Shown here piece by piece: positions 37,881 to 50,294 of a stretch of DNA of 64,000 nucleotides (position 1 is the stretch's first letter; every line of letters begins with the position of its first letter). The notes beneath the pieces were generated by a model that worked only from the letters and a program-made list of their open reading frames with translations, was not told the origin of the DNA and made no database searches. Source of the stretch: Octopus bimaculoides (lineage: Eukaryota); NCBI RefSeq assembly GCF_001194135.2, contig NC_068982.1:147169329-147233328 (forward strand), written 5' to 3'. Position numbers and translations under genes: made by a program.

Positions 37881-38842
37881 AGGCACTTTGCAATATTTTC
37901 TTAAACGACGATAAACTTGTGTTTCATTAATAAAGCATAAGTCACTTTTCTACAATCGTCCCTGTAGTACTTCATTTAAAGATATAGCTTTATATTATCA
38001 TCAATTAAAAACGGTGAATTGTAAACTAATACTAAAGCTGCTATTCTATGAGAGTACTTAAACTAATTTAAATATTATTTGGGCTGGTTTTCTATTTGTT
38101 CCATGAGCACAATCCAATAGAATAATTCCTATCACCACTAAGGAAACATCAAAGTTAATCAATTAATCAATTGCACATATACTATTCGTGAAACAATTTT
38201 TGATGTGATGGTCGTAGGCAGAATGCCTTTGTACATATGTATACACCACTCGGGCCAAAACAATGTGACAAAAACAAAAACAACAGCAACAATTGTATAA
38301 CATATTGAAATGGAATGTTATGTATTTACTTAAAATTCTCTAGTTTCAGAAAAGATATTTTAGATTCCTATCCGCAGAATTTACAGAAATTACTTCACAC
38401 TAAATGTAGTATCTTGTCAACAAGCCTAACACATAAGCTTTTACAGTTAATAGTTGCCTCGTAAAGCAATTCAAAGAAATAAGTAGGAACTATAAAATAT
38501 ATAAATATATTAACATTTTGAACCATTAACCAGGAAATACCTATATAAAACATATTAATTTTTTTAAGAGACGTGTCTGTATATCGAAAAATAAATTTCA
38601 CACAGAAAAAAAGACTTTTAAAAAAAAAAAATCATTAAATAAGAGACATATAACAGATACATAAACAGTCTGCATCAGTAAAATAAATAATAAAATATAC
38701 AAACTCGACGAGGATTCAGGAAAATTATTAAATCTACCCAACTTAGTATAGAAATGTTTGTTATAAAACGAGAAACTGTTTGTGTGCGTACGCGTACATG
38801 CGTGAATTTGTTTGCGTATATGTATTCTTATACACGCACTCG

Positions 38843-38878
<36 letters not shown>

Positions 38879-39719
38879 AACACACACATACAAACACACA
38901 CACGCACGCACGCGACGCGCGCGCACACACACACACACACAGTCTCTCTCTCTCATATATATATATATATTTACATCGCACATAACAAATTCAATTTGTA
39001 AGTAGAACAATAAAGATACGCAAGACTTTTCTCAAATTTATAAGGTTTTATACCAACATTCCCGCAGTGGAGTTCCTATCCTTTAGAAACCAACACTTTT
39101 CTCAAAGGAAGAATTTAAATAATTAAAAGCAGAAGTGAACATAGATACATACATACATTCACAGGCATATGCATTTATGTTTGTATCTCTGTATTGGTAC
39201 TGCTAGTTTGGTTACTTGATGGAATATACTGTTGTGATTGTATCTGTTGCTACTTTTGTTATCCCTGGAAATTAAATGACCACTACCTAATTTTCAGAAG
39301 AATATTTTTGAAATCGTTTGGTACGTATAAACAAGAAGGAGGTGTATTAATACTAATTCTATGAAAGTTTTGGTAGTAATGGAAGCTGAAAACAGAATGA
39401 AGACATATAATATTGCTTTTGCGTAACCGTTCTAATTTATTGCTTTCATATACATGGTATGTACTATATTTTTTCAATAAATCCATTTTACCTGAAGATG
39501 TTATTATAATGTGGCGCTGCAATTTAAAAGATACTCATCTGACAAGATGGCTGATATACGGCTACGTACATAAAGGAAGAAAGTACCTCTTTCCCCACAA
39601 AAAAAAAAAGGAATTATAGAATATGTGTGTAATTTTTTTACCTAAAAAGGTTATTTTAACGTACCGATCTACTTGGTAAAATTATTTATTAACTAATTCA
39701 TTAATTAATTAATTTTACC

Positions 39720-39775
39720 CTTTCTTCTTCTTCTTCTTCTTCTTCTTCTTCTTCTTCTTCTTCTTCTTCTTCTTC
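39720..39775. repeat. (TTC)n microsatellite next to a gap
   Basis: Read directly from the sequence. Confidence 0.95.
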
Positions 39776-39877
39776 NNNNNNNNNNNNNNNNNNNNNNNNN
39801 NNNNNNNNNNNNNNNNNNNNNNNNNNNNNNNNNNNNNNNNNNNNNNNNNNNNNNNNNNNNNNNNNNNNNNNNNNNNN

Positions 39878-39910
<33 letters not shown>

Positions 39911-39999
39911 ATGTATGTACAATGTTTGCAGGCTAGGTTTTACGATTATATTCATCTCGCTTTTTCAGGAACAGCTGGATGGATTGGTGAACATTCAAC

Positions 40000-41050
40000 C
40001 GCTTATATAGAGTTCCCTGTCATTGATGATTTGTAATGGAACAGAGATCCCTGTCATTTGATGATTTACACCAGGCTTCAAAATTGCAAGTCCATGCTCT
40101 GTAAACATTGTAAAGGCTGTAAGACGGGACGTGGATAGCTGCAACGGAGACTATGAAGCTGTGGCCAACAGGACGTGTCACTGCAGGCGTTCTGATTGCG
40201 TCTGCTCGTCGAAATCCATCCAACAACTGCAGGAAGTTGATGGAAGATCAGAGCAAAGGAATCCTGAGTTTGGCGAGGGAGGTGGGTTGGAGTGGCCACT
40301 TATGAAGCTGGCTCTGAATAAAGACCTTTGCTACCACTCGTACAAGAGGTGCAACAGACAAATTTCGACAACCAAAGCCAAGGAGAATCGCTTGACGAAG
40401 GCCAAGAAGCTCCTGAAGAAACTGAGATATCCTACTTGAGCCAAGATTGATCTGAATTTTCTCAGACAAAGAACTTCTACCAGGGCTAGTTACACATCCA
40501 TATTAATAGGTGGCTTCCTTACATTCCACGTGATTTCCCTTGTATCACGAAAACCAAATTTTGTCGCATTGTGATGGTATTTGTGTGTGTGTCTCCATTG
40601 AGGTCGAAGTCATGCCACCGACATCTCTGATCAGGGCATTAGGCTCAATTCAGAGAGCTATGTGAAGCTACCTAAGACGGTAGTCAAACTCTGTTTGGAG
40701 AGAGAGTTGCTAGAAGGCCATGTGTGGCAGCAGAATATGATTCATGACCATATCTCCAGAAAGAGTTAGAAGTGGTCGTTGTAGAATTTATACGACTCCA
40801 CCAGCCCTAAATTATGGCCTCCTAATTACCCTGATTGTAATCTCATAACTTACTATGCAAGGGACACGGTTGAGAAAGACACAAGCCGTTTTGCCTGCAA
40901 CACCAAGGCCGAGATGGTGACCAAGATCAAGGAGTTATTCTAAGATCTCCTCACGACTACGTTGAGGAACGCAAACACCAGATTCTAGAGCCGTCTTGAG
41001 GCCACGGTAGGAGCTAAGGCTGGTACTTTGAGTAAACTGTTATCTCCCTG
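40000..41050 (+). mobile_element. Decayed DD37D (maT-like) transposase
   Basis: MKLALNKDLCYHSYKR..ENRLTKAKKLL, IFSDK, VMVFVCVS, VWQQN..37 residues..WPPNYPDCNLITYY, NTKAEMVTKIKELF, SRLEATVGAKAG. Spacing between the second and third catalytic positions is 37; both residues are mutated; many stops and frameshifts. Confidence 0.85.
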
Positions 41051-41077
41051 CCATAATCACATTGATTTTTTTCTTTT

Positions 41078-41084
41078 TTTCTTT

Positions 41085-41132
<48 letters not shown>
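41078..41132. repeat. Poly-T tract
   Basis: Read directly from the sequence. Confidence 0.95.
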
Positions 41133-41133
<1 letters not shown>

Positions 41134-41285
41134 ATGTTTTAAATATTTCGGATGAGGATGAGGATGAGGATATTGTATTTTCCTTTTATGCAAAAGAGTC
41201 TTTTGAAGTCGTTTTCTCATAACCCGATATAATTTTTCCTTTCGTTTTGGTTAGCATCTGGATAGCCTAAGAGAAAAGAATGATT

Positions 41286-41495
41286 ACTTCAAAAAGACGC
41301 TATGCTAAGCACTTATTTTCTTACTGGCACATTGACCAAAATAAAGCCACTAAGTTTACTAACCACGTATGGGGTCTGAAGACCTACTCCACGCCATATA
41401 CAATCAAATGAAAAATCGTAGAAAAATCTATGCCATACGTTCATGGATCTAAAATAAATGCAAGTTATGCCTAGCTGAAAGATTGTTCATGCTTT
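41286..41495 (+). mobile_element. Penelope-like element GIY-YIG endonuclease C-terminal relic
   Basis: TSKRRYAKHLFSYWHIDQNKATKFTNHVWGLKTYSTPYTIK*KIVEKSMPYVHGSK[frameshift]CKLCLAERLFML resembles the PLE motif FK.RY.NH..SF...TELSK.IW.LK...Y.I.W.I...Y....K.C.LCL.EK..I. Confidence 0.7.
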
Positions 41496-42272
41496 GTAAA
41501 TTTTGGACATTCACTGCACTGCTAAATTCCAAATCAGAAATTTTCAGCAAATGCAAATAAATGGACAAGTTTCTTTTGGTGAACTGGAAAACACCAGCCT
41601 CTTCAGATTGAGCAGCCGTATTCCAGACTTCAAACCGCTTCCGTTGATTCTACCCAACTAGCTTTTTAGCTTAACGCTCAAACGAGACATAACTCTAAAT
41701 CTTCTTCGCCATTTTCTTTTCGTTTTTTCACGCTTCTACTCTTTGTATCCACCTAACTTTCGATATTTCTTGTCATTTCTCTTGTTATAATCTCCACATT
41801 TACAGGTTATGTGCACAGAGCATCGAGATTGCTTGGAGACACTAGGCGGGTTTTTAAAACCTGCCAAGATAACATCTCTATTGAATGAAACTATTAGTAG
41901 CTCATAACGATAGACTGTATACATGAAACACTATATAGTTTTTAACGGTGGAACTCAAGGTTCATGAATGAGAATATTCCTCCTTCATAAATATCGTGTA
42001 TATATGTGTGCATGTGATTTTCAAACCAGTTATTATATTATGAAACAGTATGAACATGGTGGCATTTCATTATCTGCTTTCCGTTTCAATTCCTATCTTC
42101 TTAATGGCTTTAGAAGATCCTTACATAGCAGCCTCTTAAAAAAAGCTACATGTGCGTCGCATATATGCATTTTTACACATTCACACAATCACTCTTTTAC
42201 ATAACGTATGAATATCTTTATATATATATTCATCTCTCTCTCTCTCTCTATCTGTCTATGTATCTATAAATG

Positions 42273-42274
<2 letters not shown>

Positions 42275-42338
<64 letters not shown>
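42275..42338. repeat. (GATA)n microsatellite (similar tracts near 53195-53240 and 60340-60397)
   Basis: Read directly from the sequence. Confidence 0.95.
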
Positions 42339-43066
42339 TGGGGAGCTTAAATTTAACGCTAATTAATGTTTATTCTTGTAAATCCTATTATAACTCTTAT
42401 GGAGAGAAATATAATTTTAATAATTGTAAATACATTTTTTCTGCTTATTGTTGATACGATGGCTACATGCCAACTGCAATGTTGTACATGAAAAGTTTAT
42501 TACTATAAATATTCAAGCAAACATCATTGATGCTTCTTAATTATGATAACTGAACAAACAGTTTTGAATTATTAAGCTTCCCTGAATTTTATATTTTTCA
42601 AAATTGCCGTTGGGAAAACTCAAAATTAATTGATGTCATAGATGAAAGTATAAGATGGCTAGTATTACCAAACTGAAAATGGTAATTATATACAATAAAT
42701 GTGATTGATGCCTGTATATAATACTTTCCAATGCAACGATAGATTTTGATTCGTATAAAAGTATACCTTACAGCATAAATCACTCATGTAATATTTACGT
42801 TTATAGAAATTTCTAAGCGCTCAATGTTGTGTCATTGGCAATCAGGAAATGTTCGGTGTTAGAAAATATAGCTTTCCCCAAAAAATCAGCAAATATTGCT
42901 TCTGATGTCATTTTTAATACAGATGGATTGTTATCAGTATCTTCAAAATGAATACCACATTCTCTGATAGAGTTCTCCCTCACAAAACTTCTAGATAAGT
43001 TAAGATTACACAAAAGAACGAAAAACATTAAGATATTATAGATCTATGTATCTATCTATCAATCTA

Positions 43067-43123
<57 letters not shown>

Positions 43124-43480
43124 NNNNNNNNNNNNNNNNNNNNNNNNNNNNNNNNNNNNNNNNNNNNNNNNNNNNNNNNNNNNNNNNNNNNNNNNNNNNN
43201 NNNNNNNNNNNNNNNNNNNNNNNNNNNNNNNNNNNNNNNNNNNNNNNNNNNNNNNNNNNNNNNNNNNNNNNNNNNNNNNNNNNNNNNNNNNNNNNNNNNN
43301 NNNNNNNNNNNNNNNNNNNNNNNNNNNNNNNNNNNNNNNNNNNNNNNNNNNNNNNNNNNNNNNNNNNNNNNNNNNNNNNNNNNNNNNNNNNNNNNNNNNN
43401 NNNNNNNNNNNNNNNNNNNNNNNNNNNNNNNNNNNNNNNNNNNNNNNNNNNNNNNNNNNNNNNNNNNNNNNNNNNNNNNN

Positions 43481-43995
43481 ATATAAAGGCGGACAAGCGG
43501 AACAACAATTAGAAAGACAGGCAAAAAAAGACGGGTGATTTGTGGTTCTCTTTCCTCAGTCAAGTCCCAGAAGTTATGACCATGTCGTGCAGTTACACTT
43601 GAGATGTTTCGATCTGGTTGTCCCAAAAAGTCTAAGCTAAGAGCATTAGAGCCCTTTGTAAGAAAACTAGCGAATGTGTACTGCAACAAAGACAAACAAT
43701 CAAACAAAAAAAAAACAATGGAGAACATGGTACACAATTACGAATACAAACGAGAAATAACAACAGGTGTCTTTCGACTGAGAACGATTCAAATTGAGCT
43801 GGCGTGTATGAAGTGAAAGCGTTAAAGGCAGGAACATATGAGATGGACATAAGAGGTGTTGGCGGTCGGCAAGTCAGGCCAAGAAAGAAAGATCATGGCT
43901 AGCCGGACACGAGTCACATGGAAAGAGTAGAGATGGGGAGGGAGCAGTGAGATTGAAGGATTAGAAAAAAATCAGAGACAAAGACAGAGGTACAG
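43481..43995 (+). repeat. Unclassified dispersed repeat, copy 2
   Basis: See 31166-31730. Confidence 0.85.
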
Positions 43996-44127
43996 GGAAG
44001 ATAAACGAGTGGGAGTTAAAGAAAGAGAGGGCCAAGAAATGTGAGAGAGGAGGAGCGAGAAAAGGGAAGAAAAAAGAGAGGAAGATTAAAAGAGTAAAAG
44101 TCGTACAAAATTTAGGTACATACCTAC

Positions 44128-44182
<55 letters not shown>

Positions 44183-44448
44183 ATACAAACCTGAATCTAC
44201 TATATTATATCTCGGACAGACTCTACAGCTATTAAAAGAGAGAAACATACAATGTAAATGGGAAAATTTTCTGCTATTGTAATAAGTTGCAAGAGACTCT
44301 CTGATTGATGGCTGCCTCACGTTAAGCACACGCATGGACGCTATTTCGAAATTTTGTCTAAAATGTGGAACAAATAATTCCAACAATCTGCATCTTATTT
44401 TGTCCCATTTTTCCTATTATTTGCGATGTGTGTGTGCATTTCGTGTTT

Positions 44449-44482
<34 letters not shown>

Positions 44483-45799
44483 CGCGTGTGTGTGTGTGTT
44501 TGTGTGTGCGAATGTTTGCATACGTGCGGGTGTCTGTAAGTGTCAATACCATCCATACTTACATACAAACATCCACACATATGCATATGAATAACTATAT
44601 ATATGTATATATATATATATATGTATCCATACAATTTTTTTACAGAAAACCAAATGTCATAAATGGCAGGGTTCCTGCTAGTTTATTCCTTAAGTTTTGT
44701 TTACTTCACATTTGTTTTCAGGGCGATATTGAATTGTTTATTTGCCATAGAGATGCTTGAGCAAATGGTATAACATAATTGGATCAATCTTAGTTCTTGT
44801 TGCCAAAACATCTTAACATCATAATATGGAATGAGGTAAACTGTAATTTTAAGCTAAGTTACGGAAGTAGTTTTCAAAATATTTGAATAATTTCCGTCCA
44901 TTTACAGGTAGAGGTTTACTGTTTTGTTCATTTTAAATTTCTGTCACCTGTAGGTATGGAGAGGAAGCACTATTCAATTGCCGCAAGAATTAACGCAAAT
45001 CATACATAAATGGAAGCTTAACGGTACGAAAGAAAACATCCAGTCGAATTGAAGAAAACACCGTTGATAGCTCCTGAAGTTTCGAGCGAATTTAGTATCT
45101 AATAAAGGCTTATCATAGCTTATTTTATCACAAAAATATTTTGTTATAAAACAGGCAAATATGTGTTAGAAACATGTGATATATATACTTTAGATTTCTT
45201 TCCCGATTTGCTGCTACGACGAACAGTAAATTAATTCTTGAAGATATGACTATACGAGTATGTTACAGATAGAAACTTTAAGAATCTGGTACCCCAAAAT
45301 TGAACTGTTGATTCTTGTTACACATAATGACGTAGAAGGTGATTTTTTTTTTTACCATCGTCTCATTCACGAGATAGATGACAAATGTGCAGAGTTAGTG
45401 ATTCGATTGTATCGGTGATTATACACATAGTTAAGGTTTTTAATTATCTGTGTATAAAGAGTACAGAGAAAGGAGACAAAGATAAACACGTACGATGACG
45501 CGAGCATTATGTAGTGGTGCGTTTAAGTAAAGGTTAAAGTATGTATCATATATAAACTGAATTAATAAATTCAGTCTATATACTAGCGCAAATAACTGGA
45601 GTATTAGTAAGTTTACAAAGAGCGGCAATAAGCTTGAATTAATTAAAGGGTTGTTGTGACGAACGAGCAATACCAGGTGACAATCACTTGACCGGGACAA
45701 GCACTATCAAATGTTTTGTATGAACGACGAGTCACTGACAAGCCAAATCCTAAATGATCAAAAATGATTAAAAATATAAAATAATAAAATGCGCCTTTT

Positions 45800-46009
45800 T
45801 TAAAGCCTAGCCAGGATCATGGTCCCAGTTTCCCGGTTTTTATGGCGTATATGTTCCCCAGCTGGACGGGACGCCAGTCCATCGCAGCGTTACTCATTTT
45901 TGCCAGATGAGTGGATTGGAGCAACGTGAAATAAAGTGTGCAGGAATCGAAACCACAATCTTACGATTAGGATGCTGACACCCCTAATCACTAAGCCACG
46001 CGCCTCCAC
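45800..46009 (-). mobile_element. tRNA-derived SINE, family C
   Basis: Minus strand GTGGAGGCGCGTGGCTTAGTGATTAGGG (A-box) ... GTTTCGATTCC (B-box) ... GCGATGGACTGGCGTCCCGTCCAG. Confidence 0.8.
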
Positions 46010-46254
46010 CGGAAATGATAAGCAAAATTAAATATATAGAAGAGTTTTATGAGAACAGGAATCAGTCCGGGATCGGAGGTCCATCAAGGTTGGCATAATC
46101 GTGTTATGAAGAAGTTATGAAGAAGTTTGCTTCGCATTCTCGATACCCTGGTTTCAATAATTAACGCAAACTCGTGACATCATGAACAAGTGTGTGCCAC
46201 CATAAACTTGGCTAGAAACAAAGCTTCCTGACTGAAATTTTAAAACAAATTTTT

Positions 46255-46440
46255 AAGGCGGCGAACTGGCAAAATCGTTTGCAGGAGGAAATGCTTAGCG
46301 GTAGTTCTGTCTTTGCGTTCTCAGTTCAAATTCTGCCGAGGTCGACTTTACGTTTCATCCTTCCAAGTTCGATAAAACAAATAGCATTTGACCACTTGAA
46401 TTGATGTATTCGATTTCCTCTCTCCCCAAAATTGCTCTTC
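46255..46440 (+). mobile_element. Family-A SINE, decayed
   Basis: AAGGCGGCGAACTGGCAAAATCG head, GTTCAAATTCT B-box, GCCGAGGTCGACTT core. Confidence 0.85.
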
Positions 46441-46830
46441 TTCTATCAGTCTCTTTTGTCGAGCCGCTAATTTACGGGCACGTAAACACACCAACATCTG
46501 TTGTCAAGTGATGATGGAGGACCAATAAAGACACACAAATACATACATATATACAAACACACATATATATATATATATGTAGAAGTATTAGTTCAAGCTG
46601 GAGAGGGTAAACGAAAGAGTGATGGGATGAGAAATGCACACACACACACATATGAGGCAAAACAGTTTCTCCAGTGCATATACTTCACTTTCAAGTGCTC
46701 CAGATATTCAAATCTGAGGCGTTAGAATAATGTAGCAGTAAGTTGGGTCTAGGGGCTGAATGAATATAAGTGTATATGAGAATTGGTTGAGACGCAAGCT
46801 TTTTACCACAAGGTCACTCCTGCGCCTATG
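46441..46830 (-). mobile_element. Family-B SINE whose middle has been replaced by an inverted copy of 47753-47959
   Basis: 3' part at 46441-46577 ends in the (TA)n tract; 5' head (reverse complement of TAGGCGCAGGAGTG..TGTGGTAA.AAGCTTGC) at 46784-46830. Confidence 0.75.
46578..46786. repeat. Left arm of a near-perfect inverted repeat (209 bp)
   Basis: Reverse complement of 47753-47959 apart from one substitution and one CA unit. Confidence 0.95.
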
Positions 46831-47137
46831 AATATATTATGCGTATATACATGTGTATTTATTTCTTGTGTGTCAAATTTCACTCAACATTTTGAGCGTC
46901 CTGTACGGTAGAAGATGTTACGCATACAATCGAACCTGTTTTCATGTTAATGAGAGGTAGATTTCTTGATAGTACTGTCGAGCAATTGTAAAAAATTAAG
47001 ATAAACAAATGGAATTTGATGTCTTTATTTGGTCTTCAACGTAGATTCAACTGACGCACAGCAACGATCAGCACCGGATTGAATGATAGTTTTGTATTTT
47101 AGTGTACAATAAATATGTTTCCTACAGGAAATACCTA

Positions 47138-47541
47138 TAGGCGCAGGAGTGGCTGTGTGGTAAGTAGCTTGCTTACCAACCACATGGTTCCGGGTTCAGT
47201 CCCATTGCGTGGCACCTTGGGCAAGTGTCTTCTACTATAGCCTCGGGCCGACCAAAGCCTTGTGAGTGGATTTTGGTAGACGGAAACTGAAAGAAGCCCG
47301 TCGGATATATCTATATGTATATATATGTGTGTGTGTGTGTGTGTATACGTTTGTGTGTCTGTGTTTGTCCCCCCACCATCGCTTGACAACCGATGCTGGT
47401 GTGTTTACCTCCCCGTAACTTAGTGGTTCGGCAAAAGAGCCCGATAGAATAAGTACTAGGCATCCAAAGAATAAGTCCTGGGGTCGATTTGCTCGACTAA
47501 AGGTGGTGCTCCAGCATGGCCGCAGTCAAATGACTGAAACA
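47138..47541 (+). mobile_element. Family-B SINE, full length, young
   Basis: A-box-like TGGCTGTGTGG, B-box-like GGTTCAGTCCC, internal (TA)/(TG) tract, 3' GGCCGCAGTCAAATGACTGAAACA; highly similar to 56830-57312. Confidence 0.93.
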
Positions 47542-47672
47542 TGTGTATGTATATGTGTGTGTATATAAATATATATAAACACCTGCATAGTCTCTCTTTC
47601 TCCCTCCTCCTTCTCTCTCCATTCACACACACATAGAAATACACATGTACACGTACGCACACACCCGCACAC

Positions 47673-47723
<51 letters not shown>

Positions 47724-47752
47724 GTAGAAGTAAGAACCAAATTTAAGCGAAT

Positions 47753-47959
47753 CCAATTCTCATATACACTTATATTCATTCAGCCCCTAGACCCAACTTA
47801 CTGCTACATTATTCTAACGCCTCAGATTTGAATATCTGGAGCACTTCAAAGTGAAGTATATGCACTGGAGAAACTGTTTTGCCTCATATGTGTGTGTGTG
47901 CATTTCTCATCCCATCACTCTTTCGTTTACCCTCTCCAGCTTGAACTAATACTTCTACA
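47753..47959. repeat. Right arm of the inverted repeat (207 bp)
   Basis: See 46578-46786. Confidence 0.95.
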
Positions 47960-48514
47960 CTAACAATATATCATATTTTTCATCGACGTTCATTATTTTA
48001 TACCCTCGTTAAAGAATATTATGTGTACAATCTTTATGCATATGTAAGCACGTATGAATGTATGTAGGTATCTATGTGTATATGTGTGCCTGTGCATGTA
48101 TCCATATGTGTGTGTGTGTGTATAAATATATATGTTTCTGTTCACACATACACGCACACACATGCATACAAATATTTGTGGGGGTGGTACTTCTTTACGT
48201 CGTTACTTGAGCCGATTACACTTGAGAGGTTCGTCTTGCTGTATTTTTACAATGTAGTTTTGTAGTGGGTGGTGTCGAGAGGTGTATGTTTATCCCAACC
48301 CCCACCTTTACAGAGAGTCTGTCCTCTGCACAGACTATTGACGAACGAAAGCACCGCTTATCTCTGACGCCATTCTAACCCCCACCCTCCCGTCTCTGTA
48401 CGCTGGTCTTGTTTGTTGTGCTGTCCAAATCAATTAAGACTTCAACGGTCTTTCAACCAGAAGACCAAACACGCAATTTGGCTATATTTACTAAATCTTT
48501 TTGTTTTTTGCCCT

Positions 48515-48570
<56 letters not shown>

Positions 48571-48656
48571 GATAGATAAATACATACATACATATCTATG
48601 TTTGTATACATTTATATCTGTGTATGTCCACACACACACACATATATACATATATA

Positions 48657-48711
<55 letters not shown>

Positions 48712-49212
48712 ATACATGCATGTGTGTATGTATTCTTATCTCGGGAGCATCTTTCAAACATTGAATGCATGTTGCTGCTGTTCTTGCTTTACTTCACCAC
48801 CGTCGCTGTCAATGACCCTTCTCGTCAGCGCCTTCGCTGCTGCTATCACCGCTATCGACGGTGATGCCACCAGTGCTGCCTACGACGTCACAGATGCCTC
48901 TGTTTTTCGGGGATATTGTCGCTTTCGTCTTCACTATTGATGGCAGCTGTTGGTGTTATTGATGTTTCTGTTATGCGCTTGTTACTGAATATCAGTCGCG
49001 TGTGTCGTTATGCGCTTGTGGTCATGTTGCTTGCTTCTTATAATTTAACTGTTGCAGTTGTTGCAGTTGTTTGATGTTGTTGCTCATATTTATATAAAAA
49101 TGAAACAACAGCAAATGTTCCAGCAACAAACACAAGATGTAATGCAATGGTAAAATTAGTAATAGCGATCATGCAGAAACAGGAGACTGTAGGCTTGAGG
49201 AAACGATGTAAC

Positions 49213-49437
49213 GTATTGATTTCAATTGATTTCAAATTTTGGCACTAGGTCAGCAAGTTCAGGAGAGAGGGTAAGTCGATTAAATGGACCCAAGTGTTCA
49301 ACTGGTACTTATTTCATCGACCACGAACATATGAAAGGCAAAGTCTGCCTCGGCGGAATTTAAACCCAGAACATGGAGACGGACAAACTGGCGCTAAACA
49401 CCCGGCGTGCTAATGATTCTGCCAGCTCTCCGCTTGA
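49213..49437 (-). mobile_element. Family-A SINE with 12-bp TSD
   Basis: TSD AAACGATGTAAC at 49201-49212 and 49438-49449; head and core recognisable. Confidence 0.88.
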
Positions 49438-49691
49438 AAACGATGTAACATTAAGAGGAAACTGGTATTCAACTGGTATTTTCTTTGACTTAATCATAGA
49501 AGAATGAAAGAGAAAATACCTTGGTGGGGTTAATACTTTGAACGTAATGCAAGCTAACTCACCAGTGAATATCCTTGTACACCCCTTCTCGACATCCTAG
49601 AAAGAACTCTTTAATCTTCCTCGGACTACACTGAGTAATTCTAGGTATTTTATTCTCTACTGCTCGCAAAAATATTACTCTCCTATCTTTA

Positions 49692-49756
<65 letters not shown>

Positions 49757-49867
49757 AACTACTGCTACTGCTACTGTTGTTGCTTCTACTGGTATTACTT
49801 CTACTACTACTACTACTATTAGTGCTGCTGCTGGCATTGCTTCTGCTGTTGTTGCTATTGCTACTAC

Positions 49868-49931
<64 letters not shown>
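49692..49931. repeat. (ACT)n ... (AGT)n mutually complementary trinucleotide tracts
   Basis: (ACT)n at 49692-49756 and (AGT)n at 49869-49931, with a mixed CTA/CTG/TTG spacer. Confidence 0.9.
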
Positions 49932-49944
49932 TGTTGTTGTTGTT

Positions 49945-50260
49945 GTTGGGAACAAGGCAAGCAGATTAGATGTTTTATAAACTTGACTGGTACTTGATTC
50001 TATATAGATGAAAGGTAAAATTGAACACGGCGGTTTTTGAACTCTGAACATAAAGAATCCAAAACTAATATTTTTCCATCGTTCTTAACGATTCGTATTT
50101 CTTTATTGCCCACAAGGGGCTAAACATAGAGGGGGCAAACAAGGACAGACAAAGGGATTAAGTCGATTACATCCACCCCGGTCCGTAACTAGTATTTAAT
50201 TTATCGACCCCGAAAGGATGAAAGGATGAATCGTTCTTAACGATTCTGCCACCTTGACAC
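49945..50260 (-). mobile_element. Old family-A SINE interrupted by a younger insertion
   Basis: Core remnant ACTGGTACTT..GATGAAAGGTAAAATTGAACACGGCGG..TGAACTC, with the head resuming after 50246. Confidence 0.65.
50095..50229 (-). mobile_element. 5'-truncated young family-A SINE with perfect 17-bp TSD
   Basis: TSD ATCGTTCTTAACGATTC at 50078-50094 and 50230-50246; same 3' tail type as the 1899-2127 copy. Confidence 0.9.
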
Positions 50261-50294
50261 CCTCAAATGGCACCGTGTCAGATACTTTGGACAC

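Noticed and set aside
42813-43028. 71-aa minus-strand ORF with natural-looking composition (FVRENSIRECGIHFED...)
   Set aside because: No recognisable motif, non-ATG start and no partner exon; keep only if tblastn finds homologs.
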